The notes beneath the pieces were generated by a model, which saw nothing but the letters and a program-made list of their open reading frames with translations, ran no database searches and was not told the DNA's origin. Below, one piece after another: positions 14,365 to 24,458 of a DNA stretch of 64,000 bases. Numbering within the stretch: the first letter of the stretch is position 1; the number at the start of each line of letters is the position of its first letter. This stretch comes from Naegleria gruberi (taxonomy: Eukaryota): assembly GCA_000004985.1 (NCBI GenBank), contig GG738853.1; one strand, given 5' to 3'. The position numbers and the translations under genes are program-made.

Positions 14365-16190
14365 ATGGCAAGAGAAACTTCAAAGGAACGTAGAAAACGT
14401 CAACAAGATGCAAGAAATGAAATAAGAAAGCAAAATAGAACACAAGCCAAGCAAAATAGATTCAACTATGACAACTATGAACAACAACAACAAGAATATA
14501 GAAAACCAAGAGAATACAAACCATATGGAGGAGATGAAAATAGACCAAGATTTTCGGAACGAAAACCATCATCATCGGAATCACAGGAATATGAAAATAA
14601 GAAATATGATAAACCATTTAGAGAAAATAAGGAAAAATCCACAACATCATCATTGCCAATTCCTGAAATTTTGGATATTCAATCGGAATACTTTGAAAAG
14701 GAATATAATCCAAAGAAGATTGCACTTTCGGAGATATCTGAATTGAAATTGAATGGAAAGGGATTTAAAGATATTAAGAATTTGAACTTGATTGTGAATT
14801 TGAAACGATTGGAAGTTATCAAGAACAAACTTTCATCACTCAAGGTTTGTTTTTTAATTGTTTTCATTTGGAAAATTTTAATAACATTGAACTATAGTTC
14901 TTGAAGGGAGTTGATAAAATTCAACACGTAGATGCTCACGAGAATGAAATTGTTTCCTCCGATGAAAATAATACTGAAATTACTCAATTTATTCAAAATA
15001 GCCCACAATTGAAAGTTCTCAATCTTTCACACAATCAATTGACCAAGACAGTTGTTATAAAGGCCAAATTGGCAAAAGCTGCTGAACCAGTTGTGAGTGG
15101 AATTGCTGAAAAATTGAATAGAGGAAAGAAAATTCAACAACAACCAAAGGATAATTTAAATTCTGGATTGTTGGCTATCATTCTGACTGATAACAAGATT
15201 GAGGAATTAAAGTTGGAAGGAAAATTCCAAGTTTTGAATACTATCATTATTAGTAAGAATCCACTTTTGAAAAAGTTTACCGATTATTACTCTGTTCCTG
15301 AATTGACCAAGTTTGGAGCTACTGAAACAGCTCTTGAGCAATTGCATGCATCAGTTTCTACATGTAAACAATTGCAAGAATTGAGACTTTCTCACAATCC
15401 ACAAATTTTTACAAAGGAAACTTGTTTAAAGACCTTGTTGGAAATTGAAAAATTGGATAGTTTGAAATTACTTGCACTCAGTCATAACAAGATTGGAATT
15501 GAATGGACTGTTATGAAATCTCACTTGGTTATGATTATCAAGAAGAATAGAAACTTGAGGAATTTGTCCATTGTTGGAAACTTTGAGCAATATATTGAAC
15601 AAGTTGGAGCTGAAAAGTTTAAGGACGAAGTTTTGAGTTTATTCTCAAAGGAAGGAATTTCCTTGACACATTTGGATGATAAACCTGTTGGAGAAAAGCC
15701 AGTTAAAACTGCTAGACCTGAGAGGACCAGATCAAACAATAGAGAAAGAACCAGTGAGAGAAAGCAATTCGATTCCAATGAAAGAAGAGACAAGAGAGAT
15801 GCCAATAAGGAAAGACCAAGAAAGCAAGACAGAGGAGAGAAACAAACTGAAATGCCAGAAGCCCAAGAAGAAAAGCCAGAAGAGGTCAATAATAATCAAC
15901 AACTCGATGATTACCAACCAATTCAAATCCCTGTTGAAATGCAACTTAAAATGCAAAGGGAATTAATGAAAAGAAAAAAAGAAAATGCAGAACAAAGTCT
16001 CGTCATTCAAAATACCAAAGATCAACAAGAAGAAAAGAAGAGAAAGAGAGAATTATTGGGAGGTTTTGTTGAACAAGATGACAAGCACTCTGGTGTTAAA
16101 AAGTTTGTCAACGTAAATACGTATAAGAAGAGAAAGTCAAATGTTTTCCAAATGCTTGGACAAGATGATCAAGCCGACGAAGGTTGGTAA
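14365..16190 (+). CDS. Leucine-rich-repeat protein with highly charged K/E/R-rich C-terminus (exons 14365..14844, 14898..16190; 53-nt intron)
   Basis: LNLSHNQL, LRLSHNP and LALSHNKI LRR units. Donor AAG|GTTTGT and acceptor CTATAG|TTC join the two ORFs in frame. Confidence 0.5.
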
Positions 16191-16202
16191 TAAATTAATA
16201 CT

Positions 16203-19202
16203 TTACTCAATTTGCACATTGAAGAATTTGATTTTGGAAATGTGGCTGCAGGTAGCTCTGAAATGATCTTCAGCCTTATAATCGATAGTTAGTTCGCTCT
16301 CTTCAACCGGCTCTTCACTTTCGATTGGGAAATAACAGTGATTGAGAGTGATACTCTGTAAGTTATGATTTGTGATAAGATATTTGGCAATTCGTTTGAA
16401 ATCCTTTTCCTGTGGAGGAATGCAACTAACTAAACCAAGACTCTCAAGGGTAGTATTTTGCAGTAACAGGTTGGTGAGAAGCATCTTGTCGAAAACTATT
16501 TGGTTTTGATTGAGTTTGCATCTCTTGATATTCTTTGAGTTTCCAAGCATGTGAAGAGATTTGTTCGTAATTCCACAATTTACAGCTTCAACTTCCTCCA
16601 AACGTTCAAAGGTAAAGAGTACCAGAATTAATCCTTCATCTCTGATATTCAATCCATTTAAAAAGAGCGATTTCAATGACTTTTTCAATGAATGTTGCAA
16701 ATTACCGCAGTGAGCAATTAAACCCTTCAATACATTGACACTCATTGGGTTATAGCTCAAATTTAAGGAATTTAAATTCTTCCAATAGCAAACTGGCGTT
16801 TGGTTTCTTGGAGAGGAAAAGAGTGGTGACTGATTCATAAATCTATCATTGAGCGAATTTCTAGACAAGTCCAGATGCTTGATACGATTGCAGAGTGGAG
16901 AGTTTGGTGAAAGGAGAGGAGCTACCTTGGCATTATCCATTGAACAATTCCTCAAAATTAATTGTCTGATAGAAGTTGACTGACAAATGAGAGACAATCC
17001 CTCAAGAGTAATTGGGTGATTGCTTAAATCCAAAAAGGTCAGCTTTGTGTTGAGCTGAATGTCCTTTAACCCAGGTCCCTGTATCATTGAAAATGAGTCT
17101 GGATTATTGTTATCAGTTTGAATGAGCCTTCCTTTACACTTAAAGTTAGTAACCACATTCTTTCCTGCATTGGTCACAAAGAGATATTGAATGGCTTCAT
17201 CTCTTGTTTCCATACCACTAATATCCAACACACAAAGATTAGGATGATTACTCACACTAATACATATCACATCTCCAATATTATAGTCAGTATTTTTACA
17301 ATAACGTAATGTAAGTCTTTTCAAATTCTTATTTTCTTGGAGTTGGCAAACTGAATTGTGAGAAAGTCTCGATGACAAGTATTCAATCTTCAAGTTTATC
17401 AAGGTAGGAAGGCCAGAGAATAACAATTTGAGTTGGTTTGGTTTGAGCATTACCTTACTGAGTTCCAATGTTGTGCAGGTAAACAGCTCAGGTTGTGAAT
17501 TGAACAATAGCGTACCGTCCACACGTGTTCTCCAAACAAAGTACTTGAGATTTGGCAAGTTTTGAATATTTACAGTTGACATTTCTTTCAAACTACCAAT
17601 TACTAGTTCCTCAATGTTATTCATAATATTATGGACACGGTTTTGATTCAAATTACAGGTTATTTGCTTTGTTTTCCTGTGGAATAGTCCGTGATGTTCC
17701 TTGTGATGAAGTTGAGTGCTCTTGTCATTTGCACCTGTTTTACCACTACTGCTGGCCTCGCCATCCAATAATAATGAATTCATATCATCATTGGTAATGT
17801 ATTCAGTATTAATATAGAGTTTCTTTAGAGATTTCATGTGTTGCAATAGGAAAGGAAGCTTTCCTTTCAAAGTGGAAAGGCAGGAATAGTTGGAATCAGT
17901 TCTAAACTGGATAAAAGAGAGAGATTCAATCTTTGCAAGTGGTACTCCCTTGAAAAGAGGCCCTATTTCCGTAAAATCAATATTAAAATTGTCTGATATG
18001 TAAATATGTTTGAAAATCAAAAAGTAGTCGTGTGTACTAATGTTTCCTCGTTGGAAGAAACCCAATTTAAATTTTCCAAAGAATAATTTGAAATAATTAT
18101 CCTTATTGAAGGATGTTTTTGTTGTTTTGGAGAGGTATCTTCCAAATGGAAGAGAAATAAAGTTCATAATGTACAAAATTAGTTGAGGATTCAAAAATTT
18201 CTTAACATGGGTGGTGATTGGATATTTATCCACTACCAATCGAATTAGAGGAGGTGACATATCATTTCTATGCAAATCACTATCCATATTACTAGTCGTG
18301 AATTTTCCAATGGTTGATTTTCCAGGTTTGTGTTTTTCCTTCAAATCTCTCTTGATGGCTTCTCGTTGTAAAAGTCCTGGATCCAAACTTCTTCTCATAT
18401 CCTCACCTGTATCTGCAATTACTTCCTCACTTGGCACTTTTTTAAGGTCGTTACTAACTTCGGAATCGTGTTGTTTTTCATGATTTCCTCTCGGAGACAG
18501 TTTTTCAATGAATTTCTTTGGTTTGCTCAGAGCATTAAGGAATGATTCTTTAAAACTAACTTTTCTTGGTGTCTTTTTACGTTCCGATGAACCAGATGGT
18601 GGTGATGATGATGAATTAAAACTAGTATTAGGACTTGCTGAACTTCCACTGCTATTAGGTGAAGAACTCAACCCATCTTCAGGTGAATTTGGTGATAAAT
18701 TCAACATGGTCGTTCTTGTTGTGATTGGATTCTGACTACTACTCTTCGGCTGTGCAAAATGTATTAAACTTCCAGATTTAACTCTTGTACTTGTTGTTGA
18801 TGAAATATTCATATCATCCAATGTAGTAGATGTGACTGCTGAATTATTTGATGAATAATTCATCTTCCGAGATGATGATGAAGGTGATAGAGGTGTAGGT
18901 GGATGAGTCGTAATCTCAAAATCACTAATCATTGTCTTTAACTCACAAACACCAACCGATTGGCTTCTTCTATGGCACGGAAGACTTCTCTTCAAAGGCT
19001 GCTTTGGAGGTGATGATTCCATCCCTACTGCCTCCATCATTCCCAAACAACTACTACTACTACAAGAGCTATCACTACTACTCATAATACTTTCACAACT
19101 ACTACTACTACTAAAAATCTGGTTGCTGCTGTTACTCATTGCCAACAGATTTTCCGTTGAAGTGTGGGTACCAGCTAGGGATGCAATATCGTTCCCGCTC
19201 AT
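16203..19202 (-). CDS. Large leucine-rich-repeat protein (999 aa) with Ser-rich N-terminal region
   Basis: Single 3-kb ORF. N-terminal ~250 aa are S/N-rich low complexity. The C-terminal two-thirds are LRR-like units (LxxLxLxxN/C, e.g. LDLSRNSL, LNLSYNPM). Confidence 0.5.
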   Translation of the reverse strand: MSGNDIASLAGTHTSTENLLAMSNSSNQIFSSSSSCESIMSSSDSSCSSSSCLGMMEAVGMESSPPKQPLKRSLPCHRRSQSVGVCELKTMISDFEITTHPPTPLSPSSSSRKMNYSSNNSAVTSTTLDDMNISSTTSTRVKSGSLIHFAQPKSSSQNPITTRTTMLNLSPNSPEDGLSSSPNSSGSSASPNTSFNSSSSPPSGSSERKKTPRKVSFKESFLNALSKPKKFIEKLSPRGNHEKQHDSEVSNDLKKVPSEEVIADTGEDMRRSLDPGLLQREAIKRDLKEKHKPGKSTIGKFTTSNMDSDLHRNDMSPPLIRLVVDKYPITTHVKKFLNPQLILYIMNFISLPFGRYLSKTTKTSFNKDNYFKLFFGKFKLGFFQRGNISTHDYFLIFKHIYISDNFNIDFTEIGPLFKGVPLAKIESLSFIQFRTDSNYSCLSTLKGKLPFLLQHMKSLKKLYINTEYITNDDMNSLLLDGEASSSGKTGANDKSTQLHHKEHHGLFHRKTKQITCNLNQNRVHNIMNNIEELVIGSLKEMSTVNIQNLPNLKYFVWRTRVDGTLLFNSQPELFTCTTLELSKVMLKPNQLKLLFSGLPTLINLKIEYLSSRLSHNSVCQLQENKNLKRLTLRYCKNTDYNIGDVICISVSNHPNLCVLDISGMETRDEAIQYLFVTNAGKNVVTNFKCKGRLIQTDNNNPDSFSMIQGPGLKDIQLNTKLTFLDLSNHPITLEGLSLICQSTSIRQLILRNCSMDNAKVAPLLSPNSPLCNRIKHLDLSRNSLNDRFMNQSPLFSSPRNQTPVCYWKNLNSLNLSYNPMSVNVLKGLIAHCGNLQHSLKKSLKSLFLNGLNIRDEGLILVLFTFERLEEVEAVNCGITNKSLHMLGNSKNIKRCKLNQNQIVFDKMLLTNLLLQNTTLESLGLVSCIPPQEKDFKRIAKYLITNHNLQSITLNHCYFPIESEEPVEESELTIDYKAEDHFRATCSHISKIKFFNVQIE

Positions 19203-19626
19203 TTTTTTTTAGTTTGATTTTATAACGTTGAAAATCCAAACTTTTTCTTTAATTTTCAAAATGGAGAAGGAGCTTTTAGTAAGGCGGACTTTGAGTGGAG
19301 GAATTGGCTGTTGGCGGATGTAAGTGTTGGACATTTTCAACCTGTTGGTTCTGTGGAACTATTACAAGATTTTTGAATTCTACTGAGCTAGGTAAAAGAT
19401 AATGAACTTTTCACAGGAAATTGTAATACGACCAGCATCGCTTAGAATTAGGAGAACAATCCATTTACAGAAACTAAAAATGAAATTTCCCATTGTAATA
19501 TTATGAGAAAGTTCCTTGTTGACCAACAACCATTGGTTGGCTTTGCATTGTTGCATGGAAATAATTTCCTCAACCAAATATATTCATTAGCGTGTTTGTG
19601 GAAAGTGATTGGTGAGTGAAATCGCA
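19203..19626. promoter_or_regulatory. Intergenic region between divergently transcribed LRR gene (-) and cathepsin-B gene (+): putative bidirectional promoter
   Basis: Head-to-head gene starts 424 bp apart. No ORF in this interval. Confidence 0.3.
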
Positions 19627-21162
19627 ATGAAAAGCAACAATAGCTTAGTATTTCATTGGGTCATCCGTAAAAAAATGAGACGTATTCACAAAAACGCCAC
19701 TTGTCAGTATTTCTTCTTGGCTGTTTGTTTAGTTCTCTGTGGAGTGATGGTTGTTCTTGGTGGAAAGCCAAACAATACACCTGCTAATGATCCTTCTTTG
19801 ATTCAAAGAATTAATTCTAAAAATCTTGGTTGGAAAGCAAAAGCTCACAAAATTTTCGAAGGTAAAACTTTAGGAGAATTGAAGAAGATGTTTGTGGTGG
19901 ATCCATCTGTAATGGCACACTTTAAGGATGCCATTGATATGATCAATCAACAGGCTAAGGAGAAGGAAGCAAATCGTGTTGGTAATAACAATAATAATAA
20001 TGGCATTTCCTCCAATGTTTCTAAAAAGAAAGGCGATAGTATCAAGATTAGAAAAACAAAAGGAAATAACAAGAACCCTGGAAAAAAGACCAATCCTTCT
20101 TCCACAAAGAAAAGCACTGCTTTCAAGAAAACTAAATCCAATAAGAAGTCCATGAAGGTTATTCCTCAAAAATCTTCATCACCTCCAAAAAGAAGCAAAC
20201 CTGCCACCAAAACTAAAGTACGCTCTCCAACCAACAGAAGAAAAGTTACCACAACTGTAAAAGCAACTAAGAAAGCAAATAAGAGAACTCTTAGAATCAG
20301 CTCTGGAGGTGCCAGCACACTTGCCGCTGATGGAAGTGGAATACCAGAATCATTTGATGCTAGAACTAAATGGCCAAATTGCAAACCACAAATAAGACAC
20401 CAACTTGAATGTGGTAGTTGTTATGCCTTTACATCAACTGGTGCATTGGCTCACAGATTTTGTGTTGCATCTCGTGGCAAAGTTTATCCAAATTTAGCAC
20501 CAGATTATCTTGTCAGATGCAATTCAGAGACGAAAGCATGTAAGGGTGGAAAGACAACTTCAGCCTGGGATTTTTTGGAAAAGACTGGAGTTCCAACCAG
20601 TGAGTGTGTAAAGTATCGTTCTGGACATTGGAATGTCCAAGCATGTCCAGATGTTTGTGATGATGGAGCCACTCCATTGAAAATGTACAAAACTAAACCA
20701 GGAAGTTTCAAGCAATTGCAAGGAGAAATGGAAATCAAGAGATCAATCATGAATGAGGGCAGTGTCCACACCATCATGATTGCCCTTCGTGACTTTTTGA
20801 CCTATGAAAGTGGTATCTACACAAGGAATTCGGATACACTTGTTGGAATTCATGCTGTGCAATTAATTGGTTGGGGAAAAGAGAAGGGAGAATCTTATTG
20901 GATTGGAGTTAACAGTAAGTTAATTAACTAGTTTTTTGCATCCTAAATGATTTTACAATTTGCTTGATAGGTTGGGGAGAAACTTGGGGATTAAATGTAA
21001 GTAATGCAACTATTAACTTTTAGCCTTATCAATTTCAATAATGTAGGGATATTTCAAGTAAGTTTGTTTTTTGAACGATTTGAATGTTTAACATTTCACA
21101 GAATTAGAATGGGTGAAGTCGCCATTGGTGGTCAAACTCATGCAGCATTACCACAACTTTAA
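19627..21162 (+). CDS. Cathepsin B-like papain-family cysteine protease with Lys/Ser/Thr-rich insert (exons 19627..20914, 20971..20996, 21047..21057, 21102..21162)
   Basis: Signal peptide. QLECGSCYAFTS (active Cys), occluding-loop-like Cys cluster, GIHAVQLIGWG (active His), then WGETWGLN / GYFK / IRMGEVAIGGQ in downstream microexons. Alternative start at 19695. Confidence 0.65.
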
Positions 21163-22027
21163 TATTGTTAGAATAGTAATAAATGTTTTCCAGTAAGATC
21201 CTCGTGGATGGAAAATTTGTGGTGATTAAACCATTAGCATCACTTGGAAGAATCCAAGCAACAATAAATTATTTCGATATAATTGCTCTTTTTTGCATAT
21301 GGGTCCAATTAAGGTATTTGACACGTTGGTATAGAAGAGAATCTGCAAGTTTTTTTGGCTGATTTTCTGAGAGGTTCATTTCGCGCAATATTTGTTTTGA
21401 ATAACACTTTCCTTAATTGATATTCGTTAAATTGGTTGTTTTATTGGCCATACAATTTTCTGAGTATGTTTTACAATCTCGGGGCTGACTTTAAAAATTC
21501 AAATATCTTTTCCCAATCAAATCTCTAAAGACTTTGCGAAGTATTTGATCTAATAGTACCTAGTGCCTTGTAAATTGTTTGAATTGATTTGTTAAAAGTC
21601 AAGAAGAGGATGGAAACAATATGAATTAAAGTTGAAAAGGAAAAATTATTCATCTCTCTATTTTCCCTTAAATGTTTGGTTGACTCACTAAAATGAGATT
21701 TGATCACGTTATATTCTCCAAATTTTCTTGATCTATCTCTCCAAGAGTAACCACTGTTAGGTATTATGATAAGGGAGATACATTATTAATAATGTTGGTT
21801 TTTTGAAAAGGTGCGTGTCCACGCGACTTCAATGGATGGTACTCTACCATCTACGGGTATGTAGTGTAATTTTTAGGAATTGAAGAACAATTCCAGAGGG
21901 AGCACAATTAAGGAAAGCGGTAAATAGGTGTAAAAACACGACCAAAAAGCTCCAGTGATATAGAATGAATCTGTAGAAATTTTTCCAACAATAAAAAAAT
22001 CCTTAATATTCCACTAAGGACCTTGGG

Positions 22028-22963
22028 ATGGGGAACTCACAACCAACCAACATAACTCTATCAAAGAAGGTACCACCATCCTCACGCTCTCCTCAACCAC
22101 AGCCAAAACAACAACAATACAGAGTGCAACCATCCTCTCCAACTAAAATTCTGCCAGCAACAATCATTAATGAAACAATATCATCCTCTCCAAAGAAGAC
22201 CAATAGCAGTAGAAGGTCTTCTCTGGTGAGTGACTATGAAAGTCCAGAGCTATCAAGTTTGGTCTTTGGTTTTGTTGTGGGAACACCTCCAAAACGCTCT
22301 GATTCTCTCTCAAACAATAGTGACACGACTAGTGTTATGAGTTTCGGGAGCCCTCAATCAGCACCTCCAGTCTTTAGCCCATCCAGAAAGAGAAGCCAAT
22401 CATTGTACAAGGAGCAACGAATGGTAAACTCGTGCAAGGAATTGAAGAAGAATAGAATTATTCCTGTCAATGCTGAAGTTGCCTTACCAAAGTCAAGTAG
22501 TATGCATGCCCTTCGTACAGATAAAAATGATGGAATCAGCAGAGGTAGATCATCAACATTAGGCTCTGTTCCAAAAAATGGCATTTCCAGAAGCTCGTCA
22601 TTCAGTAATAATAATGGTGGTATTTCTGCTGTGGTGGCCAATCCTTATTCTATTGTTGGTCCAAGTAGTCCTAGCTCACCTAGATCAATTCCTTCTTCTC
22701 CTTCCTCACCTAGCTCTCCGCTCCTTCTCTCTCTCTTCTCATCATCATCTTCTAATATGATAGCTAGCAGCAATTCGCCTCCTTTGTGTATTGGAATTAA
22801 CAGAAATACTGTTCCATTAATACATGTCTCAACACCTGAAGAACCTCATGCTTATGAGCACTTATCGCCGACAATCCAAGAAGTTCTACTCTCCAAACTC
22901 GATAAAACATCCAAAGATAAGGCATTGAAAAAGCTTTCTAGAGAATCAGCCTTTGTAAAATAG
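22028..22963 (+). CDS. Ser/Pro-rich low-complexity protein (starts MGNSQ, possible N-myristoylation)
   Basis: Single ORF with strong S/P/N bias and no recognisable domain. Confidence 0.3.
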   Translation: MGNSQPTNITLSKKVPPSSRSPQPQPKQQQYRVQPSSPTKILPATIINETISSSPKKTNSSRRSSLVSDYESPELSSLVFGFVVGTPPKRSDSLSNNSDTTSVMSFGSPQSAPPVFSPSRKRSQSLYKEQRMVNSCKELKKNRIIPVNAEVALPKSSSMHALRTDKNDGISRGRSSTLGSVPKNGISRSSSFSNNNGGISAVVANPYSIVGPSSPSSPRSIPSSPSSPSSPLLLSLFSSSSSNMIASSNSPPLCIGINRNTVPLIHVSTPEEPHAYEHLSPTIQEVLLSKLDKTSKDKALKKLSRESAFVK

Positions 22964-23095
22964 TCACACAAATGTGCCATAATAATTCATCCAATGTAAA
23001 TAATAGATTCCATTCCCATCCTAAATGCTTGTATACTAAATGCGTGTATACTAAATGATCATCACTGAATTCTGTAATAAACCGTTCACCCTCTC

Positions 23096-23911
23096 TTATT
23101 TATTCAAACTATTGGCCAATTCTTCTTGTGTGTAAAACCCCTTAACACCTTCCTTGGAAAGGAAATAGTTTGCACATTGGGCTATATTCAAATTGAAACA
23201 TTCCATAATACCTGAGCCAACAGTTTTCAGATAGGATACGTGCGCCTTATTTACAATCTCATCTGAAAAGCAACTTGTTGTGAATGAAATAATTGGACAT
23301 CCATCCACTGGATGGATACCTACAAGTACTATATTCCCATACCAAGTATTAAATAGTTTGTATTCTGCAACTCCTGTTTTCTCTTCCTGCTCCAAACATT
23401 TTCCTACAATTTCATTGAATTGATTATCCAATTTTTGTTGAACAGCATTTCCTCCCTTACTATGACACTCCACATGTCCATTCTCCTGTGAAACAACATC
23501 CACAAATTGTGAATATAATATTTTGTGTATCCTTCCGAGTACTAGATTGTTGAATTCTTGATGAGTATTATTAGCACCATCGAAAAGGCTTGAATGTTCT
23601 TTGTGATTATAAATTTCAAAAGAATTTCCCTTCTGATTCTTCCTAATAAAACAGACACCTCCTCCGTGCCATGTTCTCGACACCCGAGAGAATATCATTT
23701 CATAATTCTTTAATAATATTCCTTCCGAACTCAATGGAGGAGATGAAACTCTTGCTCCACTAATACTAGGAGCATTAGATCCACTTCCTTGTGGTTTGCC
23801 TCCGCATAGATAGACATTAAATCGATCAAGATTGCAATTTGATCCGTATGAACAATACCAAACGTGTTGTTCTTGTTGTTTTTCATCTTGATGATGGCTT
23901 TGTGCTGACAT
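23096..23911 (-). CDS. Hypothetical protein with AIG2/gamma-glutamylcyclotransferase-like YGSN motif
   Basis: The N-terminal VWYCSYGSNCNLDRF resembles the YGSN motif of GGCT/AIG2-fold proteins. The rest is unassigned. Confidence 0.3.
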   Translation of the reverse strand: MSAQSHHQDEKQQEQHVWYCSYGSNCNLDRFNVYLCGGKPQGSGSNAPSISGARVSSPPLSSEGILLKNYEMIFSRVSRTWHGGGVCFIRKNQKGNSFEIYNHKEHSSLFDGANNTHQEFNNLVLGRIHKILYSQFVDVVSQENGHVECHSKGGNAVQQKLDNQFNEIVGKCLEQEEKTGVAEYKLFNTWYGNIVLVGIHPVDGCPIISFTTSCFSDEIVNKAHVSYLKTVGSGIMECFNLNIAQCANYFLSKEGVKGFYTQEELANSLNK

Positions 23912-24458
23912 TTTTTTGTGGTGATGAAATGGATTACAATTTAGTATGAAATGAATTTAGATTACAATGCAGTGAGAAAAGGGAATACGAATATTTTCAT
24001 CATCTTTCTCATTTTAACCACCTCCATTATATTTCAAAACTGTACAACCTGGTTATTCAATATTGCTTACAAGAATCATCTTAAACCTCCGTATTTAATC
24101 CTCTTCACTCCAATAAAAACGAATAAATCCACTTCTTACCTCTTCCATAAAAATCAAGGCATATTCACCTTCCATATTCCTCTTAATCTAAACTAACTCT
24201 CTTTACATCACCTCTCGATTTCTTATGTTCAGTAGCCTTTCCAAAAAAAAGTTCATCAATCCTTCATACGCGTTTCATTGTTGCTCTACTTTGCAAATTT
24301 CATAACCCAAGAATAACCGCACAGAGGCGGATGAATATTCTCGTGTGCTTGTTTGGGCATCGGATGATGAAGACAACCAACGAATTGAAAGAATAACAAC
24401 AATAAGAATAACTTATTTGCTTGGACTGAAATATATATATTTACTTCAGCAAAACAAA

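Noticed and set aside
14468-14746. His/Asn-rich 92-aa ORF in an alternative plus frame
   Set aside because: Overlaps the charged low-complexity N-terminal exon of the LRR gene in another frame. An artefact of codon-repeat sequence.
19870-20384. Minus-strand ORFs (19870..20169, 19947..20153, 20166..20384)
   Set aside because: Antisense to the Lys/Ser-rich insert of the cathepsin-B gene. Repetitive codon content gives open antisense frames.
21047-21057. Concern that the 11-nt GYFK microexon is an artefact
   Set aside because: Kept. Both flanking splice sites are strong (ATGTAG| and |GTAAGT) and the exon restores the conserved cathepsin-B GYFKIRMG motif in frame. Still flagged for cDNA confirmation.
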